A stretch of 41,348 bases of DNA, taken from the NCBI GenBank assembly GCA_019307545.1, contig JAFDJI010000001.1:1-41348 (forward strand). The letters are read 5' to 3'. Under the pieces are notes generated by a model. The model was not told the DNA's origin. It saw nothing but the letters and a program-made list of their open reading frames with translations, and ran no database searches. The stretch's first letter is position 1; each line of letters opens with the position of its first letter. Below, piece by piece: positions 1 through 8,366 of the stretch. This stretch comes from Deltaproteobacteria bacterium. GTDB taxonomy: Bacteria; Myxococcota_A; UBA796; GCA-2862545. The translations under genes were made by a program, and so were the position numbers.

Positions 1-1
1 G

Positions 2-361
2 TTCCTGCGCTTGATGCAGTTCGACGAGTTGGACAGCTATTTCGCGCCCCGGCCGGAGGTCATCCACGGGGGCATCAAGTACGCCATGAACGATAACAAG
101 GTGCGCATCGACTACGTGGGCCACGGGCTGTCGACCATCGCACAGTACCTGGCGGCTCGCGAAGCCGATCCCGCGGTCCAGTTGGAACTCCTGCCCCTGG
201 AGGTCCCCGAGGGCGGTGCGCCCTATCGCACCTCCTTCGACATGCCGTCTCTGGAGGTGGAGGCGGTTCGAGCCGAGACAACGGCCTCCTCCCTGGAGCA
301 GGAATCGGAGATGGAGGAGCCCGAGGACCTTGGCGGAGCCGAGGACGAGAGCGGCGAGTAA
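2..361 (+). CDS. hypothetical protein, 3' end (frame open to the left window edge); Glu/Asp-rich C-terminal tail
   Basis: No stop between position 2 and the TAA at 359-361. Third codon positions are G/C-rich. No family recognised by eye. Confidence 0.35.
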   Translation, partial: FLRLMQFDELDSYFAPRPEVIHGGIKYAMNDNKVRIDYVGHGLSTIAQYLAAREADPAVQLELLPLEVPEGGAPYRTSFDMPSLEVEAVRAETTASSLEQESEMEEPEDLGGAEDESGE

Positions 362-383
362 CCCAGACGCACCCCGTATCGGG

Positions 384-569
384 TCAGTCGGCTTCTCCCC
401 CCTCCTCAAACTCCGGGTCGGGGCGTGGGCCGAATCCGCGGAGCACTACGTAGAGGATCGCGGCAAACGCGGGTACCCAGAGGGCACACCCGAAAAGCCA
501 GGGGACCTGCGGGGCCTCCGGGACGGCGGGGTTCTCGCCGGGCACTTCGGTCGTCGCTACGGGGTCCAA
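384..569 (-). CDS. small single-TM protein with acidic tail (61 codons, TTG start)
   Basis: The TTG at 567-569 follows the aminotransferase TGA (570-572) with no gap. One hydrophobic helix (WLFGCALWVPAFAAILYVVL). G/C-rich third positions. Confidence 0.35.
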   Translation of the reverse strand: MDPVATTEVPGENPAVPEAPQVPWLFGCALWVPAFAAILYVVLRGFGPRPDPEFEEGGEAD

Positions 570-2327
570 TCAGCCTCTGGGATGCAGTGGGTAGGCGCGT
601 GGCCCCGGGACGGGGCGTCCCTGGAGCTCCGCCAGGATCTCGCTGGGCAGTGGGAACCAGCGAAGGGCCTCGAAGTCGTCCGACAGCGGCGGATCCTCCA
701 CTTGGATATCCTGGGCGGCCGCGTGCGCGCCGGCGAAGAGGTGGCGTGCCGCGTCCAGGTAGCCTTTCAGCGCGTACTCTGGCTCGGTGGCGTGCCGGGA
801 GCGGTACTCCATCTTCCCGGAGCGGTAGGTGATGTCGGAGAGCCGCATGGCCGCATCGGGGCGGCCGTCCCGGTGGCGCCACTCGCCCCCCCAGGGGTCG
901 AAGCGGTACTGGGGAAGCAGCCGCCACCCCTCCGCCGCGATCAGGTGTAGCGCCTCCAGGATGTAGTCGAACACGGTCTCCGAGATGAAGTAGTTGAAGT
1001 TCACCCGGACCCAGCCCGGCTTGATCCCCTCGCAACCAGCGACGATCTCCCGCTCCATCTCCTCGCTGGTGATGAGGTCGATCCCCAAGAGCCGGTGGCC
1101 GTAGGGACCTGCGCAGGAACACCCGCCGCGGGCCTGGATCCCGAACAGGTCATTGAGCAATGCCACCACGTAGTTGTGGTGGAGGTACTGGTCGTTGTGG
1201 CGGATGACGAAGGACACGATCGAGAGGCGCCAAGCGTCGTGGTTGCCGAGGATCTCGATGCTCGGGTTCTGATGCCAGGACGCGATGGCACGCCGGATCC
1301 AGTTCTCCTCGAGGATGCGGATGGTCTGCCAGCCCACGGCCTCCTTGAGTTGGAAGACCAAGCCGGCGCGGATGGACTCGATGATCGCCGGAGTACCTCC
1401 CTCTTCGCGGTGCACCGGGTCGGAGAGGTAGCGGTGGCGGTTCTGGTTGACGTACGCCACCGTCCCGCCGCCAGGAGCGGTGGGAACGCGGTTCTTGAAC
1501 AGGTCCTTCTTTGCGACGAGCACCCCGGGCGTTCCTGGCCCACCGATGAACTTGTGCGGAGAGATGAAGATGGCGTCCTTGTAGATCAGCTCGCCGTCGG
1601 GTTCGTCGTCGCGCATGTTCATCTCGATCTGCACGTAGGGAGCGGCAGCGGCGAAGTCCCAGAACGACAGCACCCCATGCTTGTGCAGCATGGCCGTGAT
1701 GGCGCGGGTGTCCGAACCGATGCCGGTGACGTTGGATGCCGCGGAGAAGCTCCCGATCCGCAGTGGGCGCTCCGCGTAGCGGACCAACTCTCGCTCCAAG
1801 GCCTGGAGGTCAATCTTGCCGTTGAGGTTCTCCGGGATGGTGACCACCTCTGCGATGGACTCCCGCCAGGGGAGCTCGTTGGAATGGTGCTCGTAGGGGC
1901 CGATGAACACCACGGGTATTCGCTCCGGCGGGATGCGCTTCGCAAATCCGTAGGTTTCGTCCAGCTCGCACGGGATCCGGAGGCCGAGGATGTCGACCAG
2001 CTTGTTGATCGCAGCCGTGGCTCCCGAACCGCAGAAGATCACGAGGTCTTCGTCGTTTCCGCCCACCGCGTCGTGGATGATCCGCCGCGCCTCCTCGCGG
2101 AACCGGGTGGTCTGCAGCCCCGTCCCGGAGGTCTCGGTGTGGGTGTTGGCGTACAGCGGCATGACCTCGTGGCGGATGTAGTCCTCGATGAAGGAGAGCG
2201 ACCGGCCCGAGGCGGTGTAGTCGGCATAGATCACCCGACGTGGACCGTAGGGACCTTCGATCACCTCCTCGTCGCCGATGATGGCGTCGCGGATGGTCTC
2301 GATCAGGCGGGAGGAGTTGGTGGGCAT
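570..2327 (-). CDS. class V aminotransferase-fold PLP enzyme (cysteine desulfurase-like) with a long C-terminal extension, 585 aa
   Basis: N-terminal YADYTASGRS...YANTHTE, then FCGSGATAAINK, and the PLP-lysine motif SPHKFIGGPGTPGVL. ATG at 2325-2327. Confidence 0.9.
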   Translation of the reverse strand: MPTNSSRLIETIRDAIIGDEEVIEGPYGPRRVIYADYTASGRSLSFIEDYIRHEVMPLYANTHTETSGTGLQTTRFREEARRIIHDAVGGNDEDLVIFCGSGATAAINKLVDILGLRIPCELDETYGFAKRIPPERIPVVFIGPYEHHSNELPWRESIAEVVTIPENLNGKIDLQALERELVRYAERPLRIGSFSAASNVTGIGSDTRAITAMLHKHGVLSFWDFAAAAPYVQIEMNMRDDEPDGELIYKDAIFISPHKFIGGPGTPGVLVAKKDLFKNRVPTAPGGGTVAYVNQNRHRYLSDPVHREEGGTPAIIESIRAGLVFQLKEAVGWQTIRILEENWIRRAIASWHQNPSIEILGNHDAWRLSIVSFVIRHNDQYLHHNYVVALLNDLFGIQARGGCSCAGPYGHRLLGIDLITSEEMEREIVAGCEGIKPGWVRVNFNYFISETVFDYILEALHLIAAEGWRLLPQYRFDPWGGEWRHRDGRPDAAMRLSDITYRSGKMEYRSRHATEPEYALKGYLDAARHLFAGAHAAAQDIQVEDPPLSDDFEALRWFPLPSEILAELQGRPVPGPRAYPLHPRG

Positions 2328-2418
2328 GCGGTCGAACCTGGGCTTTGCACCTCTGGTTCACCCTTGGCGGGGGAACGGACCGCAGCGGTGCGAATGCGGG
2401 CCCGTCCGGTGCGTTCGT

Positions 2419-2427
2419 GTGATAATG
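2419..2427 (+). promoter_or_regulatory. candidate extended -10 element (TGtGATAAT) upstream of the 2461 operon
   Basis: An AT-rich TGTGATAAT stands out in a GC-rich intergenic region, 34 nt upstream of the TTG at 2461. No good -35 hexamer. Confidence 0.25.
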
Positions 2428-2460
2428 CGCCGATACACGTCTCCCGTGTGAGGTCTCGGC

Positions 2461-2736
2461 TTGAGTACCCCGTTCCTCCAGAGCTTCACCCGGGCGATCC
2501 TCCGCGCGCTGCTGTCGGAAGCGCTCATCGAGATCCAGGTGGGCACAGAGGAACTCGTGATCGCGTACGTGGCGGATTTCCTCGGCGGTGTTCCGGAGGG
2601 GGGCTCCCTGATCTCGTCGCTCGCACGCGGCTTCATCCAATGTCCGTACGTGGAGGAGTTGTATGCCGACAACGATCATCTGAAGCTGATGGTGCAGGGG
2701 CTGGAGTCCGCGGCGCTGACCTGGGTTGGCGAGTGA
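2461..2736 (+). CDS. hypothetical protein (91 aa, TTG start), first gene of a coupled trio
   Basis: Strong G/C third-position bias. Its TGA (2734-2736) overlaps the GTG (2733-2735) of the next gene. No recognised motif. Confidence 0.55.
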   Translation: MSTPFLQSFTRAILRALLSEALIEIQVGTEELVIAYVADFLGGVPEGGSLISSLARGFIQCPYVEELYADNDHLKLMVQGLESAALTWVGE

Positions 2737-3518
2737 AGTCGGTGAAGGAGGCGATCGCACGCCAGACGCTGTTGGGGCTTCCCGTCACTGCCTGGGCCCG
2801 CCGCATGAAACGGGGTGCCTTGTCGATGGGCGGCCATGTGGGAGGGCTGGACCTGGAGGTGGGCGGGCTGCCGCTTCGGGTGGAGCGGGGGCGGGTGGAG
2901 CTCGTGGCTGATTTCATCGGCGGGGCGCAGCCCACATTGCGTCAGCTGGTGGTGCGTGGGTCCATGCTCGTCACGCCCGCCGGGCGGTCGTCGGTTCGGG
3001 GCCGGGAACTCGTGCTCCATGACCAGCGCATCCACCTGGACAAGGCGGAGATCCCCCGCGCCATGGAAGGGGTGGGCTCCGGTCGGTTGCTCGCGGGTCT
3101 GGTGGGGGCCATGAGCGATGTGGAGCTCAGGGCGCGTGCCGAGCCGGACGGTGACGTGCTGCTGAAGATGGGGCACGGGCTGGAGGTTGCGATTACCCAC
3201 GGTGCCCTCCTCACGGTGCGGGGTGCGACCCGCGGCCCGGCCGATCGCCTGGTTCTGAGCCGTCCGCTGGAGATCGGGTTCGGTGGGGACGGGATCCGAC
3301 TCAACCACGGGCAGCTCCGCTGGCTTTCTCGGCTGGCGAAGGTGCGTATCGACGGGGCCACCCTTCATCCGGACGGTTCGGTGAATCTGGAGGGCCGCGC
3401 AGCCCCCGGGTTCAACACCGCGGTGCAGGGTGGGCTGCACACTGCCTCTGCGAAGCTCTCCTCCCTGATCCGCCGCAGCCCGGGGATACGGCGATTCCTG
3501 CGTCACGAGGTCGGATGA
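2733..3518 (+). CDS. hypothetical protein (261 aa), Gly/Leu/Arg-rich and probably beta-rich
   Basis: This is the 3' part of the 1095..3518 ORF and does not overlap the aminotransferase. GTGA overlap with the upstream gene and ATGA overlap (3515-3518) with the downstream gene. Confidence 0.6.
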   Translation: MKSVKEAIARQTLLGLPVTAWARRMKRGALSMGGHVGGLDLEVGGLPLRVERGRVELVADFIGGAQPTLRQLVVRGSMLVTPAGRSSVRGRELVLHDQRIHLDKAEIPRAMEGVGSGRLLAGLVGAMSDVELRARAEPDGDVLLKMGHGLEVAITHGALLTVRGATRGPADRLVLSRPLEIGFGGDGIRLNHGQLRWLSRLAKVRIDGATLHPDGSVNLEGRAAPGFNTAVQGGLHTASAKLSSLIRRSPGIRRFLRHEVG

Positions 3519-3994
3519 TGCTCCGCATTCCCCTGGCCTGGGCCGATGACCTCCCTTGGGGGTACTTCGTGCTCCAGGCGGCGCGCGGCTCGGTTCGGGT
3601 TCCGGACTGGGTGCTGCTCGCCATCCCCGAAGTAGTCGGGCTGCGGCTCGGGATCCCGCCGGATGACGTCACCGACGAGGATGTGGAGCGCGCGTTGCGA
3701 CAGCTGCCGGCCGATCCGGTCCCCGTGCTCTCACAGCTCCTGAGTGCGGTCGATCTCGAGGTCCCTGACCCCAGCAGCGCGGAGCCACGGTTGGGTGCGG
3801 ACGAGGCGCAGGGTTCCTTCCGCGAGGCGGTGGACCATGTCGCCCTGCTGCACGATGCGGCGCTCCAGGTACGCCAACAGTACGGGCCGGAGGGCTTCTT
3901 CTCGTCCATAGACGCCAGTTCGAACCAGGAGCGATGGGACGCCCGAGGCGCAGTGGCCGCGGTCATGTACCTGTTGGTGTTGTTTCTCGGCTGA
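3515..3994 (+). CDS. hypothetical protein (159 aa) with a C-terminal hydrophobic tail anchor
   Basis: ATGA overlap with the preceding gene. The C-terminus AVAAVMYLLVLFLG is hydrophobic. Coding-like codon bias. Confidence 0.6.
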   Translation: MMLRIPLAWADDLPWGYFVLQAARGSVRVPDWVLLAIPEVVGLRLGIPPDDVTDEDVERALRQLPADPVPVLSQLLSAVDLEVPDPSSAEPRLGADEAQGSFREAVDHVALLHDAALQVRQQYGPEGFFSSIDASSNQERWDARGAVAAVMYLLVLFLG

Positions 3995-4010
3995 CCAATC
4001 CCAAAAAGGG

Positions 4011-4187
4011 CTACTCCTCCTCCCGGTAGAGGCTGAGCTGTCGTAGCCACAGCAACCCGCGCAACAACCCCAGGCCCATGATCACGCAGCCCAGGATTGT
4101 TCTGTCGCCGGCGATCAGGACCACCCCGAAGCTCAGGAACAAGAGGGTGGTGACTGCACCCACCATCAGCATCGCGCGCGGTGACAT
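4011..4187 (-). CDS. small two-TM membrane protein (58 aa)
   Basis: GGAGGA lies 6 nt upstream of the ATG at 4185-4187. Two hydrophobic segments (LMVGAVTTLLFLSFGVVLIAG and ILGCVIMGLGLLRGLLWL). Sits 22 nt downstream of gene 4210..5136. Confidence 0.55.
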   Translation of the reverse strand: MSPRAMLMVGAVTTLLFLSFGVVLIAGDRTILGCVIMGLGLLRGLLWLRQLSLYREEE

Positions 4188-4209
4188 CACCTTCCTCCCA
4201 GCGCGCGGC

Positions 4210-5136
4210 CTAGGCCGTGCGCAGGCCCTCGACGAGGGTTTCCCACCATTGGCGCGCATCCTCGGCCCATGAGTTGGTCTGGGCATGGCGTTCCGGGTAC
4301 AGCCCTTCCACCTTGGAGAGGCCGACACGGCTGCGATAGGCGGAGAGCCGTTCCAGCGCGAGTCGCGGGGCGACGTGCACCTCCAGGTGGTCCTGGAGGT
4401 GGCGTGCCCGGGACACGATCAGACCGAGCAGGGCGGCTTGGATGGTGGGGGGAAAGGACACCCACTGCTCGTCGAGTCCCACCGTCGCCCACTGGATCAG
4501 GGAGGCCTCCGCTGCCAGCTCTTTCGGAGCATCCAGATCGAAGGGCATGGCAAGCGCCTCCAGCAGATCACCGAGTTGCTCGATCCACGGTGCATCCGGA
4601 GCCACCGGGTCACCGCGGAGAGGCGGTGGGCTGGGGGTCGTGACCCGGTTCTTGCCCCTTGCGGCTGCCGGGGGCGGGGTCCGGGAACCGACGGCCCTCG
4701 CTGTCGCGGAGCGGCGGTCGGCCGCGCGCTTCCGCTTTGCGGGTTTGCGCGCCGGAAGGGAGTCCATGCCGCGTTCGACCAACCCCATGCCCTTTGGCGT
4801 CACGACGCGTTTCGGGGGCGGGGTGGGCGTGAACCGGGGATCGGTGGGATCATCGTCCGGCTCCTCGATCACGAGGGCGGGGACCTCGTCCACCCCGTCT
4901 GGAGCGGGGGCGGCGTTGACTGCGGTGGGCTCGTCGTCGTCGAATACCCCGGCCGGCGGGACGTTCTCGTGGATGGTGCGCCCGAGGTCGGCGTAGATGT
5001 GGTTCAGCGCCGCACGGAAGTTGCCGGGGTCTTGGTCCCCCACCTCTTTCAGCAGCGCGAGTGCGCTGTCCGCCTCGCGCAACAACGCCTTGACGTCCGG
5101 GTGGTCGAGGATGTCGTCGTTCATTCGAGCCATCAT
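4210..5136 (-). CDS. hypothetical protein (308 aa) with a Pro/Arg/Lys-rich central linker
   Basis: ATG-ATG at 5131-5136. The longer 507-aa ORF extension runs antisense into the rumA-like gene and reads as junk. No family recognised. Confidence 0.65.
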   Translation of the reverse strand: MMARMNDDILDHPDVKALLREADSALALLKEVGDQDPGNFRAALNHIYADLGRTIHENVPPAGVFDDDEPTAVNAAPAPDGVDEVPALVIEEPDDDPTDPRFTPTPPPKRVVTPKGMGLVERGMDSLPARKPAKRKRAADRRSATARAVGSRTPPPAAARGKNRVTTPSPPPLRGDPVAPDAPWIEQLGDLLEALAMPFDLDAPKELAAEASLIQWATVGLDEQWVSFPPTIQAALLGLIVSRARHLQDHLEVHVAPRLALERLSAYRSRVGLSKVEGLYPERHAQTNSWAEDARQWWETLVEGLRTA

Positions 5137-5175
5137 ATTAGGATGACACGATGGTTGTCGCGTGTGCGGTAGGGG

Positions 5176-6618
5176 TTGGCCTTGGGTCGTAGGCGGAGAT
5201 TTCTGGGTCCCCTGGAAGTGGAGATCCGGTCTTTGGGCAAGTGGGGCACCGGGTTGGGGTCGACTCCGGAGGCACAGGAGGTACAGGTCCGATTCGCCCC
5301 TCCCGGGTCTCGGGTGCACGCTGTACCCACCGGGCGGAAGAAGGGAGTGTGGACGGCGCGTCGCACGGCGTTGATCCGGCCACCGTTGGCATGGACCCCA
5401 CCGCGATGCCCGTCGTTCGCGCTCTGTGGGGGTTGTGCACTCCAGGAGCTCCGGCTCGACGCCCAGCGCGTGGCAAAAGACGCCTACGGCCGATCCCTGG
5501 TGGAGGACGGGCTCCGTCGGGGCGGCAGGGACCTCTCGGTTTCGGTGCGGGTCCACGCGCCTCGCGGAATCGCCTCGCCCTACGAGTACCGCAACAAGGT
5601 GGAGCTTTCCTTCGGTCCGAGCCGGTTCCTGCGCGAGGAGGCGCTGAGGCGCGGGGAGCCGATCGAAGGGCGTTTCCTCGGCTTCCACGCACCGGGTCGA
5701 TACGACCGGGTGGTGGACGTGGATCGGTGCCACCTTGTCGGCGAGTCGCTGAACCGACTCCTGGCGGTGACACGCGCCGTGGCCCTCTCCGAGGACGCCC
5801 CTTCACCCTACGACCCGAGGGATCACTCCGGGTTCTGGCGACACCTGGTGCTACGTCGGGGAATGGCTACGGGGCAGACCCTCGCCGTACTGCACACAGC
5901 ACCAGCCGACGAGCGGGGCGTGGCTGCGGCCGCTCGGTGGGGAGAGGCGGTTCGGGCCGCAGACCTGGGGGCGAGCACCTTGGCGGGGGCGCTGTGGGTC
6001 GAGAACGCCGGTCTCGCAGATGTCGTCCGGGGGGAGGTGCGGGAGGTGTGGGGCCGCGACTGGTTCGAGGAGCAGGTACTCGGACGCACCTTCCGGCTGT
6101 CAGCGACCTCGTTCTTCCAGACCTCCACTGCGGGCGCGGAGTTGCTCTACCGCACGGTGGGCGAGGCCCTCGGTGAGGGGGGAGGCACCCTCCTCGACCT
6201 GTACTGCGGCGTCGGTACCATCGGCCTGGTCCTCGCCGATCGCTTCGACCGGGTGTTGGGGGTCGAGGAGCGTGCGGAAGCCGTCGCGGACGCCCAGGCC
6301 AATGCGGAGCGCAACGGGGTGGACTGGGCCGAGTGGCGTGCGGGGCGGGTGGAGGATGTCCTGGACCTGCTCCAGACCGAGGGCGCCTTGCGAGCGATCG
6401 TGGTCGATCCGCCCAGACCCGGTCTGCATCCGAGGGTGGCAGAACACCTGTCCCAGGCCGTCGCAGAGGTCCTGGTGTACGTCGCGTGCAACCCCGCCTC
6501 GCTGGGCCGTGACGCCGCGGTGCTGATGGAGGGGGGGTGGCGGCTCACCGACCTGTGGACCGTGGACCTCTTCCCCCAGACCGGCCACGTGGAGATGGTC
6601 GGCCGCTTCTCCCGCTAG
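5176..6618 (+). CDS. 23S rRNA (uracil-5-)-methyltransferase RumA/RlmD-type, SAM-dependent (TRAM plus Cys cluster plus MTase)
   Basis: Motifs seen: CPSFALCGGCALQ cysteine cluster, FFQTS, LLDLYCGVGTIGL (SAM motif I), VVDPPRPGL, VYVACNP, DLFPQTGHVE. The start is uncertain (TTG 5176 or GTG 5218). Confidence 0.85.
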   Translation: MALGRRRRFLGPLEVEIRSLGKWGTGLGSTPEAQEVQVRFAPPGSRVHAVPTGRKKGVWTARRTALIRPPLAWTPPRCPSFALCGGCALQELRLDAQRVAKDAYGRSLVEDGLRRGGRDLSVSVRVHAPRGIASPYEYRNKVELSFGPSRFLREEALRRGEPIEGRFLGFHAPGRYDRVVDVDRCHLVGESLNRLLAVTRAVALSEDAPSPYDPRDHSGFWRHLVLRRGMATGQTLAVLHTAPADERGVAAAARWGEAVRAADLGASTLAGALWVENAGLADVVRGEVREVWGRDWFEEQVLGRTFRLSATSFFQTSTAGAELLYRTVGEALGEGGGTLLDLYCGVGTIGLVLADRFDRVLGVEERAEAVADAQANAERNGVDWAEWRAGRVEDVLDLLQTEGALRAIVVDPPRPGLHPRVAEHLSQAVAEVLVYVACNPASLGRDAAVLMEGGWRLTDLWTVDLFPQTGHVEMVGRFSR

Positions 6619-7115
6619 TACGGACGGGTGATCTCCACCCAGGAGAACAGCTTCTGGTGCGCAGTGTCCTCCTGGACGGCTGCCAGGGTCCTCACGATGA
6701 CGACATACGGTGTCTGAGGCGCGGGGACGAGCGAGAGTCGTTGCTGTTGGGGAGATGCGGCCTTGATCTCCACGAGGACCTTGGTCAGCTCTGGGGCGTC
6801 GTAGTCGTCGGCCGAGTCGCACCGTCCACCGTGGCAGGGAATGTGGAAGCTGTCGTCCGGCCGAAGCCGCTTCGGGTCCAGGGCGCCCGTGGCTCCGACG
6901 ACCAGGTACCCCTGGGAGTTGATATGGACCTCCAGCACGCTGGGGATGGGCTCCACCGGGTCGGGGGGGCCCTTGGCCGGTGGGGCAGGTGCGAAGGCCG
7001 ATGCGCGGAACGCGAGCCACGCGCCCATCGCCACCACCGGCACCAACACGCTCACGAGGTTCAGCAGGGGAGCCAGGTCGAACGGTGAGCTGCCACGCTC
7101 CCAGTCATCTGACAT
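6615..7115 (-). CDS. ExbD/TolR-like biopolymer transport protein (166 aa)
   Basis: The N-terminal FDLAPLLNLVSVLVPVV resembles the ExbD TM signature. The C-terminal LSLVPAPQTPYVVIVRTLAAV resembles the periplasmic domain. No exbB or tonB next to it. Confidence 0.5.
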   Translation of the reverse strand: MSDDWERGSSPFDLAPLLNLVSVLVPVVAMGAWLAFRASAFAPAPPAKGPPDPVEPIPSVLEVHINSQGYLVVGATGALDPKRLRPDDSFHIPCHGGRCDSADDYDAPELTKVLVEIKAASPQQQRLSLVPAPQTPYVVIVRTLAAVQEDTAHQKLFSWVEITRPY

Positions 7116-7210
7116 TGTGGGCTCCCGGGCGGGGCGACGTGGCGACCACGCCGCCAGTTCGACCGGACAACGGCCCGGAGCCCGAGTTGCTTACAGTCCG
7201 GTGGGGGACC

Positions 7211-8293
7211 TCATGGGGATGGCGTGATCTGGAAGGTGTAGACCAGGGGGAGGTGGTCGCTGATGGTGTTGTGCTCGTGGAGCACGCGGTATGCCACGGG
7301 TTGGACCCGGGTGCCGTGGATCACGTAGTCCAGGGTGCGATCGGGCACATCTTCTCCGTAGCGGAGGAACGTACGCCACGCTTCGGGCTCGTCACGCCAG
7401 CGGTCCACCCCGACCGGGTCGCCGTATCGATCCAGCAGGGGTTGAACCGGCGTGATGGCCTCGGGGTACAGGGCATGCTCGCTGGGGTCGAGACGCTTGG
7501 GGTCATCACCGGGTGCCAGCGCATTGAAATCGCCACCGATCAGCCAGGGGGAACGTTCCGTCTCCACGCGGGCCAGGTGCTCGCCCACCATGGCCACCTG
7601 CCGGTCCACGGTCCCGTCGCCACGGGCAAAGGCCGAGAGGTGGGTGTTGAACAGCACCAGGGGAAGGCCGCCCGCCACCGGCATCCGCACCTCGAGCAGG
7701 GCCCGCTTCAGGTTGAACAGCCGCCGGGCGGGGCTCTCCTGCAGGAGTGGGAGTTGGTGGCGCACCACGTCGTCGATGCGGTACCGGCTGAGGACCGAAA
7801 GGTGCATGTCCATTCGTCCCAGGTGCTCCTGGGGAGGATGGGGGACGTACGCCGCTCGGAAATAGGGTGTGCTCGCGTTGCAGGGGTACCCGGTCTCCTC
7901 GACCAGCCAGGCGTGTTCGTCGATGCGGGCAGTGCGGCGGCTGTTGCGGTCCACCTCCTGCAGAAGCACCACGTCGGGGTCCACCTCCCGGATCACCGCG
8001 GCGATGTTCTGGAGGGTCTCCTGCACCACTTCGGCGGGGACCGAGACGGCGTCTCCATAGTCATAGAAGAAACCCTGGCTTCTTCCGGCACCGAACTGGA
8101 TGTTCCACACCAGGACCGTGGTGGGTCGGTCGGTGGGGATCGGGGTCGCGTCCGCCCGGCAGGTCACCGGCACCCGCATCCGTTCTGATGGGAAGAAGAA
8201 CAACATCCGGACCAGCCCGAACCCGAGAGCGCCCACCCCGACCGCCCCCAGTGCCATGGCCAGCCACCTCCGCTTTCGGGAATTCGTGGACAT
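7211..8293 (-). CDS. membrane-anchored endonuclease/exonuclease/phosphatase (EEP) family protein
   Basis: Motifs seen: VLVWNIQFGAG, DVVLLQEVD, GGDFNA, ISDHLPLV. N-terminal TM WLAMALGAVGVGALGFGLV. The start is taken at MSTNSRK (8291-8293). Confidence 0.8.
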   Translation of the reverse strand: MSTNSRKRRWLAMALGAVGVGALGFGLVRMLFFFPSERMRVPVTCRADATPIPTDRPTTVLVWNIQFGAGRSQGFFYDYGDAVSVPAEVVQETLQNIAAVIREVDPDVVLLQEVDRNSRRTARIDEHAWLVEETGYPCNASTPYFRAAYVPHPPQEHLGRMDMHLSVLSRYRIDDVVRHQLPLLQESPARRLFNLKRALLEVRMPVAGGLPLVLFNTHLSAFARGDGTVDRQVAMVGEHLARVETERSPWLIGGDFNALAPGDDPKRLDPSEHALYPEAITPVQPLLDRYGDPVGVDRWRDEPEAWRTFLRYGEDVPDRTLDYVIHGTRVQPVAYRVLHEHNTISDHLPLVYTFQITPSP

Positions 8294-8366
8294 GGGCCAC
8301 GCATAACTCGTGCAACGTGACAAACCCTGACCGGTCCAACAGGCGTTCGGTGGCCACCTTGTATTC

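Noticed and set aside
2376-2408. Imperfect hairpin (cggaccgc...gcgg-gccc-gtccg) and a cggtgcg direct repeat in the 2328-2460 intergenic region
   Set aside because: It has a bulged, short stem, no recognisable riboswitch core and no conservation data. It is too weak to call an RNA element.
1095-3518. 807-aa plus-strand ORF
   Set aside because: Positions 1095 to about 2330 are antisense to the well-supported aminotransferase and translate to V/D/G/R-rich junk typical of high-GC antisense frames. Only the 3' part from GTG 2733 is kept as a gene.
4210-5733. 507-aa version of the 4210 gene
   Set aside because: The upstream 200 residues are junk and run antisense into the rumA-like gene. A clean ATG-ATG start lies at 5131-5136.
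7133-7155. 10-bp stem (one mismatch) with a 3-nt loop, ggcgacgtgg-cga-ccacgccgcc, between the EEP and ExbD-like genes
   Set aside because: No U-tract follows on the transcribed (minus) strand. GC-rich hairpins of this size are expected by chance at this composition. It is not called as a terminator.
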